DNA of 53,478 nucleotides, filler included, from Jimgerdemannia flammicorona (lineage: Eukaryota), in the NCBI GenBank assembly GCA_003990765.1. It is 3 parts of 3 records of this genome, joined end to end, with 100 filler letters (N's around TTAATTAATTAA, not from the genome) between each part and the next. Parts side by side here need not be neighbours in the genome. Positions count along the whole stretch, not along the records: positions 1 to 17,762 come from RBNJ01002419.1; positions 17,863 to 35,623 come from RBNJ01002420.1; 1 more part is not named here. One strand, 5' to 3'. The notes below the pieces were generated by a model, which saw only the letters and a list, made by a program, of their open reading frames with translations, had not been told where the DNA came from and did no database searches. Below, piece after piece: positions 11,961 through 22,513 of the stretch. Within the stretch, counting starts at the first letter, position 1, and each line of letters opens with the position of its first letter. The position numbers were made by a program, and so were the translations under genes.

Positions 11961-14900
11961 CTTTCACCAGTAACATTTGGGTGACACAAGACTCAGACAA
12001 CACTTTTTACAACATTTTTGGTGTCCGATGACTAACAACATGGATGGCAACGATCGAACTGGTGAGTGTACTGGCCAGGGGGGTGGTGGCACCTTTGGCT
12101 GACAGCAGGTGGGGAGGAGGGGAGATGGTTTGGGGATGCCAGGGGCCTCGATGGCTAGCCAAGGCCCTGGTGGCAGAGGGAGGGGCAGTCTGAGGCAGAG
12201 AGGAGGGGAGAGGTCAACCTTTGCTGACAAGGTCCGAATGGGGAAAATGGCTTCTGGGCCAGATGGTTGGCTGGGCCTGGGGAAGGCATCGATGGCTACT
12301 GCTGGGGGTCAGAGAGGTGCACCCTGGGGTACTTCTGGTGGTAGGGAAGGAGCTGGAGTAGGGGCTGGAGATATGACTGTTGATGGGGCTGTGACTGGAG
12401 ATCTGGCAAAAAATCCAGATGTGATGGCAGTTGGCAATTCGGGACTTGGAGTGGGCACAAGGCCTGGGGACCTGGCTGATGGGGTGACAGGCATGGTGTC
12501 GGCCCTGTTACTCAAGAAGTCGAGGTCAGAATTCGTGGTCATGATGTGCTTCCGAGGCTTGGCAGTGACGGTGAGGATGATTCTGGGGCTGATGGCGTAG
12601 GAGGCTAAGGGAGCAGCATTGGTGAAGTTCTTGAGGGGGAAGGAAGGGGTTGAGGTGGGGTTTGAGGAGGAAGATGCCTTGTTGGCAGCCATGAAGAAGG
12701 GGGTGATGGTTGGTGGAGTTGTGGTACCTATGGCCTGGTGCATGCGCTGGGACCCCCGAGTGGTGTAGTTGGCAGTGTTAGACCTCCCAACGGTGTCAAA
12801 AGAAAGGACCAGGGAGTTGGTTGTAGAGGTGGTCAAGGAGTATGGCGAGATTGTGGATGTTGGGTTCAAGGTCTGGGAGGGCATGGAGCTTAGAACTGGC
12901 GATGTCAATATCAGGGTGAGGCTGGCTGGGAAGGAGAATACAGGGAAGTCGAGGGACTGGCCAGCAGCACTGAGGTGGGGACCAGTGGAGTGTAAGATCA
13001 CCAGGGTGAAGGGGACTCCAGAGGAGGAGGAGGACCTGTTGGAGGCTCTGGAGGACCTGGAAGGGGCAGTGGCAAGGAGGAAATTGGCCTGGAAGGAGTT
13101 TGAGGCCAGGACAGTGGTTGGGGAGGTGGATGGGAAGAGGGTCCAGATGGAGAAGGGGGCCTGGGAAAAGATGCAGGGGAGGAGGATCCAGAAGGAGCTG
13201 TTGGTGAAGTTGGGTGAGTGTGGGGCTGGTGGAAGCTCAGGGGAGGGAGTTGCAGGGTCATGAGAGAGCACCTGGGCTGAGGGGGGAGAGATGGCCCAGG
13301 GTGGAGTTCGGATTAGCAGTGGGGAGGGGAGAGAGGGCAATTTGGAAGTGGATGCCGAAATGGGTGAGGGTGTGCATCCTCAGTATAGTGTCCTGGATGG
13401 GGCAGAGGGAGAGGAGGAGCTGATGGATGTGCCAGATGAGGAGTGGAATGAGTCGGTGAGAAGAAGCACACTGGTGGACCCCGAGGTGGATGGAGGACAA
13501 ATCGCTCAGGGGGCGGCGGAGGCAGTGGATGAGGAGAAGTAAATGTGGAATACCTTGGAAGGGGTGGTGGCTGAAGAGCTGGGGGGTGAGGACTTCAGGG
13601 TGTTGGAGAAGAAGCATTGGGAGGAGATCCTATGGGGGGAGGAGGTGCCGAGGAAGATGAGGAATGAGATCCTGGCGGTCCTCCTGGAGTCGGTTGAGTA
13701 TCAGGTTGATGATCAGAGGGAGGAGGAACTTAGGAGGATTGTGAGTGCCAGAGCATTTTTCTTGTGGAATTCGAGGAAGGGACTGGAGAAGTGGCACACT
13801 GTCTGCTTGGACTATAGGGCTGATATGGAGGAAGTGGACAGAGTGGAATGTCAGGAAATCTTGGGAGCACTGGATGCTCAGGATAATGCCAAGAGTGAAG
13901 TGGAAGCTGAGCAGTGCTTGGATCTGGCAGGAGATGAGATGAGCATGGAATTATAGATTGGGGTCTCTATAGCAACATTTCTTCAATATGAACAGTATAA
14001 CTAGGATTTTCTCATTGAACGTTAATGGGCTACAGGGGTTGGCTAGGAGGAAGTATATTTTTGGATGGCTTAAGGGACTAGATGCAGACCTCTTCTTACT
14101 GCAGGATGTTTGTTATGAGGCAGATGTAAACTTATAGGATTGGACTAAGGAATGGGGGGGCACAGCAGTTTGGAGGGGAAAAGTGTGTATTCTCATTCGG
14201 AAAGGGATGGGGGACATTGGGAACATTGGACATTGGGGGTCTTGGGTGGTGTGGGGAGTGTGGAAGAGGCCTGGATGGGGCCTGCTGATGGTCGGGTCCT
14301 GTTACTGCCCAGCTGAGAGAGGGGAGAGGGTGGAATGGATCTGTGGATTGAAGGAGGCTGGTGTGTTGGGAGAAGTTGGGTTAGACTGTATGGGGGGTGA
14401 CTTCAACATGGTATGAGATAAGGAGTTGGACAGAACTGATGGAGGGAGAGGTATGCAGAGTGAAAGTGGTGGGTTGGGTGACTGGTTGGAGATGGAGAGG
14501 TTGTGTTCTCTAGTAGACTCAGGAAGACATTTTTGGGCTGATCGGCAGATGTACACCCACTGGGCAGCAGGACTGGGCTCTAGGATTGACTGGGTTCTAA
14601 TGGCAGAGTGTTGGGGGACAGATGTCTGGTCAGCACTGGAAGTCATATGGTGTCTGTGGTCTGATCACTGGGGGCTGCTTGGAGGGGGGAGGTTTGGGGG
14701 AAATGAGGATGGGCCTGGACATTGGTGACTGAATTCTTCCCTGTTGGAGGATAGGGTATTGTGGGAGGGATAGGAATCGGAGGTGGTTGGAAATATAGGC
14801 AGGTGGCGGGAACAAGGACTGGAGATTGGGGACCACTGGAGAAGGCTGAAGGTGAAGGCTCAGGAGTATTGGAGGGAAGCAGGGAAAGGAAAGTGTGCCC

Positions 14901-17762
14901 AGCATAGGCAGCGGGTGCTGTGGGCCTCGCGGCATCTAGCAGCACTCATGGAGAGATTGGCAGGTGTGCTGGAGGATGGGGCCGTGACTGATTGGTATAT
15001 TGCGAGGATCTGGCAGGAGGTGGAGGAGCTCAAAGGGGTACTATGCAGGGAGGAGGAGGAGCAGTTGCAGGGAATGGTGGCCCGCCTGCAGTGGCAGGGG
15101 CTTGAGGAGAAGGAGAGGCCTACCAGATTCTTGTCATGGTTATTACAAGCATGATGTATGAGGCAGTGGTGGGAGGGAGTTTTGGACGAGAATGGCGAGC
15201 TGGTGGTAGAGATGCTGACAATTCTGGACCTACTGCGAACCCGGTGGGGGAATCTTTGGAGTGAGGAGGATGGGGGATTGGATGCCCTGAACATTGAAAG
15301 ACAGCTGGGGGATTAGATGCCCTGAACATTGAAAGACAGCTGGGGGATTGGCACCCGGACCCTGCAATGGGACTTGGGGCATTGGGGGACCCAGTGAGTA
15401 GTGAGGAGATTTGCAGGGTTGTGGCCTCAACGAGTAAGGGGACAGCTCTGGGAGAGGATGGGCTTCCCTGGGATTTTTGGCAGAAGATGGCTGGGGTGGG
15501 AGTAGTGCTAGAGGAAATGACTGCTACATATGTGTGATGGAGTTCTTCGGTCTAGTGCCTGGATTGGGGGACAGTGCTTAGGGCTGGTCTCTTTGCTCTT
15601 TAAAGACAAGGGAAGGCATGAGGACTGGAAGAACTGGCGGCCGATTATGCTTCTCGATATGGACCACAAATTGATGACAAAAATCTTGGTGATGAGGTTG
15701 CAGGGCATCACCCAGCAGGTTCTTGGTGTGGAGCAACATGGGTTTGTCGATGGTCAGTTGATTCGAGATGGGACAGCCTGGGTTCATGGAGTGATTGAAG
15801 GTGCCCGGATGATAGGGGTGGATGGCAGATTGGTGTTTCTGGACCAAGAGAAGGCTTATAATAGAGTGCAGAGATTATGGCTGGAAGGAGTGCTGAAGCA
15901 GATTGGCATCCCGCCAGGGGTCCGAAGAGCATTAATCAGCCTCTTGGAGGACAGTCAGGCAGCATTGGTCATCAATGGCCACTGGGGGGTGACCTTTCCC
16001 CTGGGACGTGGGGTGCCACAAGGGGACCCCTTGTCGCCCATATTGTATGCTCTTTTCCTGGAGCCACTACTGGACAGAATTCAGTATAAGATTGGAGGCT
16101 TGGACATTTTAGGGGTAAACTGGAAGGTGGGGGCCTTTGCTGATGATATGGTGGTCGGGCTGGGCTCCTTGGGAGATGTGGTGGAGTTACAGAGGACTGT
16201 GGAATAATATGAGCAGGGTTCTGGTGCTAAACTTAACTGGCACAAATGTGAGATGCTGGTGCTGGGTGCTGAAATTGTTGGTGGTGATGTTATTGGGATG
16301 GTGGTGCTGGCAGGTGAACCAGTGCGCTACTTGGGGATCTACTTCTTGGTGTTCGGATCTCTTCTTCTCTGGGCATGGTGGAACTGTAAACTTCTGGAGT
16401 GGGGTAATGTTTTGCTGAGATGGGGAGGCCGGCATATGTCCCTTGCCAGAAGGGTGATGGTGTTGAATGTGTACTGGATGCCGAAGCTGTGGTATGTTGA
16501 ATATCATTTGGATTTTCCAACCTGGGTGGTTAAGGAGTTGTTGAAGATAGTGAGGTCATGGATCTAGGGAGGACGGCAGAGCCAGGTTGGTTGGGAGGTG
16601 CTCACACTGCCCTTGGAAAGAGGTGGGCTGGGCTTAGTGGACTTTACTAAGTGACTTCTATGTCTGAGAGCCTGGTGGCTGCAAAGGGTGAGTGAGCTCA
16701 GGGGGTGGGAGTGGGTGCCCCTCATGCAGAGGTTGTGGGAGGTTCAGTACTCCCTGCATAGTGGCTCCAGGATCTGCTTGCAATGTTGGCCATGGAAGGG
16801 AGCAGGAAGATGTAGTTTACAGGCTTTTGGTGGGGGGTGGTGGATGGTGCTAAGAAGATTGGACTTTGGTGGCAAGGTGATGAAGCCGAGGAGGATTGGG
16901 GACCGTGGATGTGGCAGTGGGACAGGCTTCTATTAGGTGGGGTCCTGGTGGAGGACTTTCAGCTTGGCGAGGGTCTGGAGTGTCTGTGGGGCCTTGGCGG
17001 GGACCTGTGACCAGAAGCCTGGCAGAGGGTTGGAATTGGGGAGGAGTGAGATTGGAATAGACTCTGGCTTTGGAGCAAACAGGTGTGGCAGTGGCTGCCC
17101 CCTAAGTTCTGGGTGGTGTGGTGGCGGGTCCTACAGCAGAATGTGATATTGAACTATTGGTCTGGACACTTGGTGGATGGTGGGGTATTCAAGTGCAAGG
17201 ATTGTTTCAATGTTGGTCAGGAGGGAGGAGTGATACAAATGCCTGAACATTGGCTTGGTGAATGCGAGGTTTTGGGGGAGTTTTGGAGAGGTATTATGGA
17301 CAGGGTAGGGCTGGGGGCCAGGGAGGGAGAGGAAGGGGGGAGGTGGGGAGAGCTCTACCGGCATCTGGTGGGTGGAGTTGGGGATGAATGGCTGACCCTT
17401 AGTTGGGCTTTGGCTATGTGGGTTGGACTGGCAGGGCACTGGGTTTATGTATTTGAGGAAGGGTGCCGGGTCGGGATTGGTGACAAGATGGCTAGGTGGG
17501 AATGGTTGATGTTGGATATTTTGAATAGTTGGTGGTGGGGTTGGGGGATGAGTGGGGGGTACCGCAGGGGTCTGGTGCAGTATATCACCCAGGAGAGTGG
17601 TGGGAGGGTTTGGGTAGTGGGTAATTGGGTGGTGCTCGGGCAGGAGGAGAATGTGAGAGAGGGTTTAGGCCCCCGGGGTGTTGGTTGAGGACAGGGGTGG
17701 CATTGTATTGTATACATTATAGACTTCGGTAATAAAGGGTAGTCCAAGAGACTATAAAAAAA
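11961..17762 (+). mobile_element. Full-length LINE copy B (divergent subfamily), ORF1 12040-13956 and ORF2 13988-17688, both disrupted
   Basis: 5' motif CTTTCACCAGTAACAT. APE/RT motifs WRPIMLLDMD, LDQEKAY, GVPQGDPLSP and FADD. C-terminal CKDC-x14-H-x4-C. AATAAA and the start of the poly(A) run into the gap. Confidence 0.95.
15271..15350 (+). repeat. 35-bp tandem duplication (frameshifting) in ORF2 of copy B
   Basis: TGGGGGATTRGATGCCCTGAACATTGAAAGACAGC occurs twice, followed by a third TGGGGGATTG (10-bp microhomology). Confidence 0.95.
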
Positions 17763-17862
17763 NNNNNNNNNNNNNNNNNNNNNNNNNNNNNNNNNNNNNN
17801 NNNNNNTTAATTAATTAANNNNNNNNNNNNNNNNNNNNNNNNNNNNNNNNNNNNNNNNNNNN
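17763..17862. other. Artificial contig linker (N44-TTAATTAATTAA-N44)
   Basis: Exactly 100 bp. The central 12-mer has stops in all six frames. The same structure occurs at 35624-35723. Confidence 0.97.
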
Positions 17863-19410
17863 TTGCTCCCCCACCCATCTCCCTGACAGCAATATAGAGT
17901 CGCACAGTGTCGCCAGTTCTCCCAATATGCCCGGGACTCCAACCATTCGCTTCCAGAACTCCCAGGGGAGACCATCCTCCCCAGGCGCCGTGCCCGAGGC
18001 TGTCGCGGCAAGAACCTGGTGGATCTCGTCCTCCTTTACAGGCATCACCAGGTCACCTAGTCTCTCAGCTCGCGGTGGATGCCAGTCTTCTAATGTTTGG
18101 TCAATGGCTGTAGCGTCTGCCCCACCCTCCTCCTCACTCCATAATCCACTCCATCGTGCCTTCAGTGTTCCAAGGATGTCCTGTACACCATGCACCAGTA
18201 CACCATCCGAGTCCAGTACCCCTTCCCACCGTTGCTGTACCCTTCTCGCTCGAAGTGTCCTTGTGAGAAACTTGGAAGGCCTTTCCCCTTCCTCCACCCC
18301 CTGCCAGCGAAGCCGTGCCACCAGTCCTCGTACCCTGGACTCTTCCTCTTCCCGCAGCACCTGTTGCAGTTCCCCTACCTCCATCCTTACCTGCGTTATT
18401 CTCCAATCCTCTTCCCCCTCTACTGCCGCCAGTCTCACCCACTCCTCCAGGAGCCTAGCCAATCTAGTAGAAGCCCAATGCACTTTCTGCTTTCGCTGCC
18501 TCCCAGCCACCCTGCCAACCTCGCTCCAATATATCCTGGCCATCTCCTTCAACCTCATCCACCGAACCCCAATCGTGGCCCCTTCCTGCCGCCAATTCTC
18601 CACCTTCAGCTGAATGTCATTTGCCCACTCCTTCCACCGGGCCTCATCATCTAACAAGGAGGAATTCAGGCGCCAATGTCCAGGCCCATCCCTACTTCCC
18701 CCAAAACACCCCTGTCCCAAGATGCCCCAGTGATCTGACCACAGACACCATTCTACTTCTAACACCTTCCAGACATTGTGTCCCCAACAGTCGGCAGTCA
18801 GAATCCAGTCGATCCTTGTCCCCAGACCTCCAGCCCAATGCGTATATACTCTCCTGTCCCCCCAGTGCTCCCTACCAGCATCCATCAGCGCCCCAAGCCT
18901 TTCAGCCTCCTCCCACGCCGCTAACCCTCCACTCCTACTCTCCGCACCCCGTCCTCCATCAGTCCTATCTAGCCTTACATCTCGAACCATATTGAAATCT
19001 CCTCCAAGCATATCCAACCCAGCCTCAGCAAGGATCCCACTCTCCAAGAGCCCTTTCACCCAATCCACACGCTCCCCCCTCACTGCAGGGCAGTAACAGG
19101 AGCCAACTGTGACCGGCTCCCAACCTGTTCGAATCCATACACCCCAGACCAGTCTCATCCCCCAGCTCCTCACATCCTTTATCTCCCCTCTGCCTTTCCG
19201 AACCAGAATCCCAACCTTGCTGTTCCAAATCGCCATACCACCCCATTCCTTAGTCCATTCCATCCTATCAGTGTCATCCTCACACCTGACATCCTGTAAG
19301 AGGAAGAGATCGGCCTCCAATCCCTTCAACCAAAGAAAAATGTTCCTGCGTCTAACTGCACCCCTTAGCCCATTCATGTTTAAAGAGAAAATGTTGGTTG
19401 TACTGTTCAT
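17863..19410 (-). CDS. LINE ORF2 N-terminal part (APE endonuclease, linker, start of RT), truncated by the gap
   Basis: MNSTTNIFSLNMNGL, LQD, CYCP, GDFN, RIDW, SDH, HWRLNSSLL, EEGERPSKF and APGEDGLP with no stops. Confidence 0.93.
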
Positions 19411-19440
19411 AGCAAAATACGGTTGGTTCGCAATCAATCC

Positions 19441-21471
19441 CTACTGCTCCATGCCCCTCTCCTCCCGTGCTGTGTCCAGATTATGTTCAGCCATCACCTC
19501 CTCCTCTTCAGCCCTCTGAGCCTCCAGTCCAGCCAACAGCTCATTCATCTCCTCATCAGCCTTCTCCTCAAACTCTTCTCGGTACTCGATGCAAGCCTCC
19601 TGCCAAAGCTGCAAACCATGACGCCTGTTCCAACAGTACTCAGCCTTCTCCCCAGTGACCACCGCCAACTCCGCCTCCCTCTCCTTATCCACCTCATACC
19701 CTTCTTCCTCCAAGTACACCGCAAGAATTTCTGCCTTCAGCGCCATCGCCACTCCTTCCCTCTGCAAAATTCTCATCCAGTGCTCGTCACCCATTCCACG
19801 CAAGTCCACCTCCCCCAGCTCTTCTGCTGTCAGATTGTTCATCATCCGGCACATCCAAAGTAGGTTCCCCACCTCCTTTCCACCAGGGGTCGCCGGCCTC
19901 CCTCCATCCAGCATCGTGGTGTCTGCTCCCGCACTCGTGTCCTCATCCCACACCTCTGGGACATCCACCAGTTCCTCCTCCCCTGCCGCCACTACTTGGG
20001 CCCTCTCCAACACCTCCGGAACGCTGAATTTCACCTGCTGGGTCCCCAGCATCGTCACGTCCTCCCCAGGCTTGTTCCTGGAGGCCGGGCCCCGCCTGAT
20101 TAGCGGGGAAGGGGTGGGGGAGTTCTCCCAGCCAGCATCCCAAATCTCCAAGGTGCCGTCTGCATATAGGTCTCTAATCTGCGCCTCCTTAGCCTGCCCT
20201 GACCCTGCCCCTTCGTTCCCCCCCCTCTCTCCAGCCCAGACACTCGCTCCGGCCCCTTCGGTACCCGTCTTCATGTTTGCATCTAGCTGTTGTCCACCCC
20301 CCAGCTTGGCCAGCAAATCCTTCTGCCTCTTCTGCCCCTGAGCCTTTTCCCACTGCACCTTGTCCACTCGAATCCTCTTTTCATCCACCACCTCCAGGAG
20401 CGTCGCCTCCTCAAAAGTCTTCCAGGCCTTAGCTCGCCGTTCCACAGCCCCATCCAGCTCCTCCAGTGCTTCCAATAAATCTTCCTCCTCCTCCTCACTT
20501 CCTTTCACCCTCGTCACCTTGCACAGGGAAGCCCCCCAGACCAACACCGACGGCCAGTCCCTCGTCTTCCCAGTGGCCTCTCTCCCAGCCAGTCGAATCC
20601 TCACATCCACATCTCCAGTCCTGAGTGTGGTCCCTTCCCAGACCCTGAATCCGATATCCACCACCTCTCCATACTCCGCTATGACGTCCTCCACTCTCTT
20701 CCTCGTCTCCATCGCCGTCACTGTGGGTACTCCTTTTACCAGTAGTTGGACCACCCTCGGATCCCATTTCAAACATCTTGCCATCGGAACGCACACCTCC
20801 CCAACCACTAACCCAACCTTCAGCGCCTCCTCCAGTGGTTCTGCCTCCTCAAATCCCACCTCCACTCCCTCCAGACCCTTCAGAAACTTCACCGAGGCCG
20901 CTCCTGCCACCTGCTTAGTGATAAGCCCCAACACCATTTTCGCCGTCACCGCTAAGCCTTGGAAGCACAGTGTGACTGCGAATGCCAAGATTGACTTCTT
21001 GAGTAACGGGGCCACAGCCAGTCCCGTTACACCATCTGCTAGGTCCCCGGGCCTCATGCCCTTCCCACTGCTCGGCTCACCATCAGCAGTCCCATCTAGA
21101 TTTTTTTCCAGATCACCCATCACACCCCCATCAGCAGTCCCTGCCCCAGCCGCTACCCCCCCAGCTCCACTCCTATGGCCTTCCAGAGAGGTACCCCCAA
21201 GAGGTTGCTGCCTGGAAGTTGTTGCCGGTACCTTCCCCCCTCTCAGCCAGCTCTCCAGTCCTGCTCCCTGTCGACCCCCCTTCACCTTCTCCGCAAAGCT
21301 CACCCTGCCCGACCCTTGGCCTCCAGCTCCACCCTCTCTTCCACTGCGACCCCCCGCCAGCAGGCCCCTCATACTTTCCCCCAAGCCGGGGCCTCTCCCC
21401 ACTTGCTGCCATTCAAATGCTCCAGGGCTGCCCTGCCCAGTACGCACCTCCGGATGTTCGTTGGTCACCAT
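19441..21471 (-). CDS. LINE ORF1 protein, 676 aa: Gly-rich N-terminus, probable RRM-like central region, acidic helical C-terminus
   Basis: Open frame from the ATG (MVTNEHPEV) ~78 nt after the 5' motif, the same spacing as in copies A, B and C. The RRM call is inferred from the pattern VQLLVKGVP...EYGEVVDI...RTGDVDVRI. Confidence 0.9.
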   Translation of the reverse strand: MVTNEHPEVRTGQGSPGAFEWQQVGRGPGLGESMRGLLAGGRSGREGGAGGQGSGRVSFAEKVKGGRQGAGLESWLRGGKVPATTSRQQPLGGTSLEGHRSGAGGVAAGAGTADGGVMGDLEKNLDGTADGEPSSGKGMRPGDLADGVTGLAVAPLLKKSILAFAVTLCFQGLAVTAKMVLGLITKQVAGAASVKFLKGLEGVEVGFEEAEPLEEALKVGLVVGEVCVPMARCLKWDPRVVQLLVKGVPTVTAMETRKRVEDVIAEYGEVVDIGFRVWEGTTLRTGDVDVRIRLAGREATGKTRDWPSVLVWGASLCKVTRVKGSEEEEEDLLEALEELDGAVERRAKAWKTFEEATLLEVVDEKRIRVDKVQWEKAQGQKRQKDLLAKLGGGQQLDANMKTGTEGAGASVWAGERGGNEGAGSGQAKEAQIRDLYADGTLEIWDAGWENSPTPSPLIRRGPASRNKPGEDVTMLGTQQVKFSVPEVLERAQVVAAGEEELVDVPEVWDEDTSAGADTTMLDGGRPATPGGKEVGNLLWMCRMMNNLTAEELGEVDLRGMGDEHWMRILQREGVAMALKAEILAVYLEEEGYEVDKEREAELAVVTGEKAEYCWNRRHGLQLWQEACIEYREEFEEKADEEMNELLAGLEAQRAEEEEVMAEHNLDTAREERGMEQ

Positions 21472-22195
21472 ATTACTAGTAGCTTTCTCTAGAAACCATG
21501 TCGAAAGTGTTGCCAAAGGGTTGTGTAACCTGAATGTTACCAGAGAAAGATGTACTGATGTGTTGCATGCTGATGAGTTACACAAGTTGTACAAGATTGC
21601 TCACAAAGGCTTGCTTCTATTCCTTTTGAGACCTCTGCCATACAATGCATTGACTCAACAGCTCAGTCACCAAAGGCATACCCCACAATATCCATCAGCC
21701 TTTCTTTATCTTGACCAAATGTTGTGAATAAAGTCAGCAGATCTCACCATAGAGCTGTGGACCCTAAGAAAAGCATGAGGTGAATTGAGTCATACTGGGG
21801 AAATTTAAATATAAACAAGTAAACAAGTGGCAGCCAAGTAAGCAACCTATATCTACTATCAGCTGCTCCAAAAAGGCTACCACATATATAGCTATAAGGT
21901 CTGTGAATTCTGAGGTCCAAAGGGCCACCATAAGTTGTTGCTGGAATTCTCCCTCATCTCTGCCATCACCACCACCATTGCCACCACTCTTGATGAGCAG
22001 CTTGTATATTGCCCATATAAGAAAGAATCTAACATTATTAGCAGAGAGTGCATTTCTACCTCAAATACTCTCTCTTTTGACAATTATTGCAGGGTGAAAA
22101 ATGAGTAGACTGGACCAATGTATGAATTAAGGGCTGCTGTTCTGTTTGCTTGTAATATGGTTGGAAAGAATAAAGAAAAAGAATAAAGAAAAGAG

Positions 22196-22241
22196 AGGGA
22201 ATAAAAGGAAAGAGTGATGTTATCAAAGTATGGCAGGAAAA

Positions 22242-22273
<32 letters not shown>

Positions 22274-22345
22274 AAAAAGAGAGGGAATAAAAGAAAAGAG
22301 TGATGTTATCAAAGTATGGCAGGAAAAAAAAAAAAAAGAGTGAAA
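22196..22345 (+). repeat. Tandem duplication of GAGGGAATAAAAGRAAAGAGTGATGTTATCAAAGTATGGCAGG-(A)n
   Basis: Two near-identical units, each followed by an A-tract. Confidence 0.85.
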
Positions 22346-22380
22346 TGAACAAAAGAAAGGGTGATGTTACCAAAGATTTC

Positions 22381-22513
22381 AATCTGGATGGATCAATCCC
22401 GATAGATCAATCCAGATGGATCAATCCAGATGGATCAATCCAGATAGATCAATCCAGATGGATCAATCTAGATGGATTAATCCAGATTAATCTGGATCAA
22501 TCTGGATCAGATC
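22381..22513. repeat. Minisatellite of 14-bp GATCAATCCAGATG units grading into 10-bp GATCAATCTG units
   Basis: Read directly: about seven 14-mers, then about three 10-mers. Confidence 0.9.

Larger units (their letters stand above)
17863..21549 (-). mobile_element. LINE copy D, young and CpG-retaining, both ORFs open up to the contig end
   Basis: 5' motif CTTTCTCTGGTAACATTCAGGTTACAC, uninterrupted ORF1, and ORF2 open until the gap. Confidence 0.95.

Noticed and set aside
17807..17818. Palindromic TTAATTAATTAA inside N runs (also 35668-35679)
   Set aside because: A six-frame-stop linker used to concatenate contigs. It is not biological, and adjacency across it (e.g. copies B and D tail-to-tail) cannot be trusted.
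19411..19443. Stop-codon readthrough producing an ORF1-ORF2 fusion
   Set aside because: In frame only in copies D and A; the spacers in B, C, G and H are 31, 31, 31 and 29 nt.
21472..21594. 41-aa N-terminal extension of ORF1 given by the ORF track
   Set aside because: It begins outside the element's 5' end (21549). The ATG at 21471 matches the start position in other copies.
20360..21727. 455-aa antisense ORF over ORF1 (similar ones at 2763-3905 and 12309-13340) as an ORF0-like gene
   Set aside because: Ser/Thr/Pro-rich mirror of the sense codons. The G-rich sense strand rarely uses TTA/CTA/TCA, so antisense stops are scarce. Ends are not conserved between copies.
22381..22513. Short repeat array as a CRISPR-like locus
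   Set aside because: Contiguous 10-14-bp units with no unique spacers, in a eukaryotic context with no cas genes.
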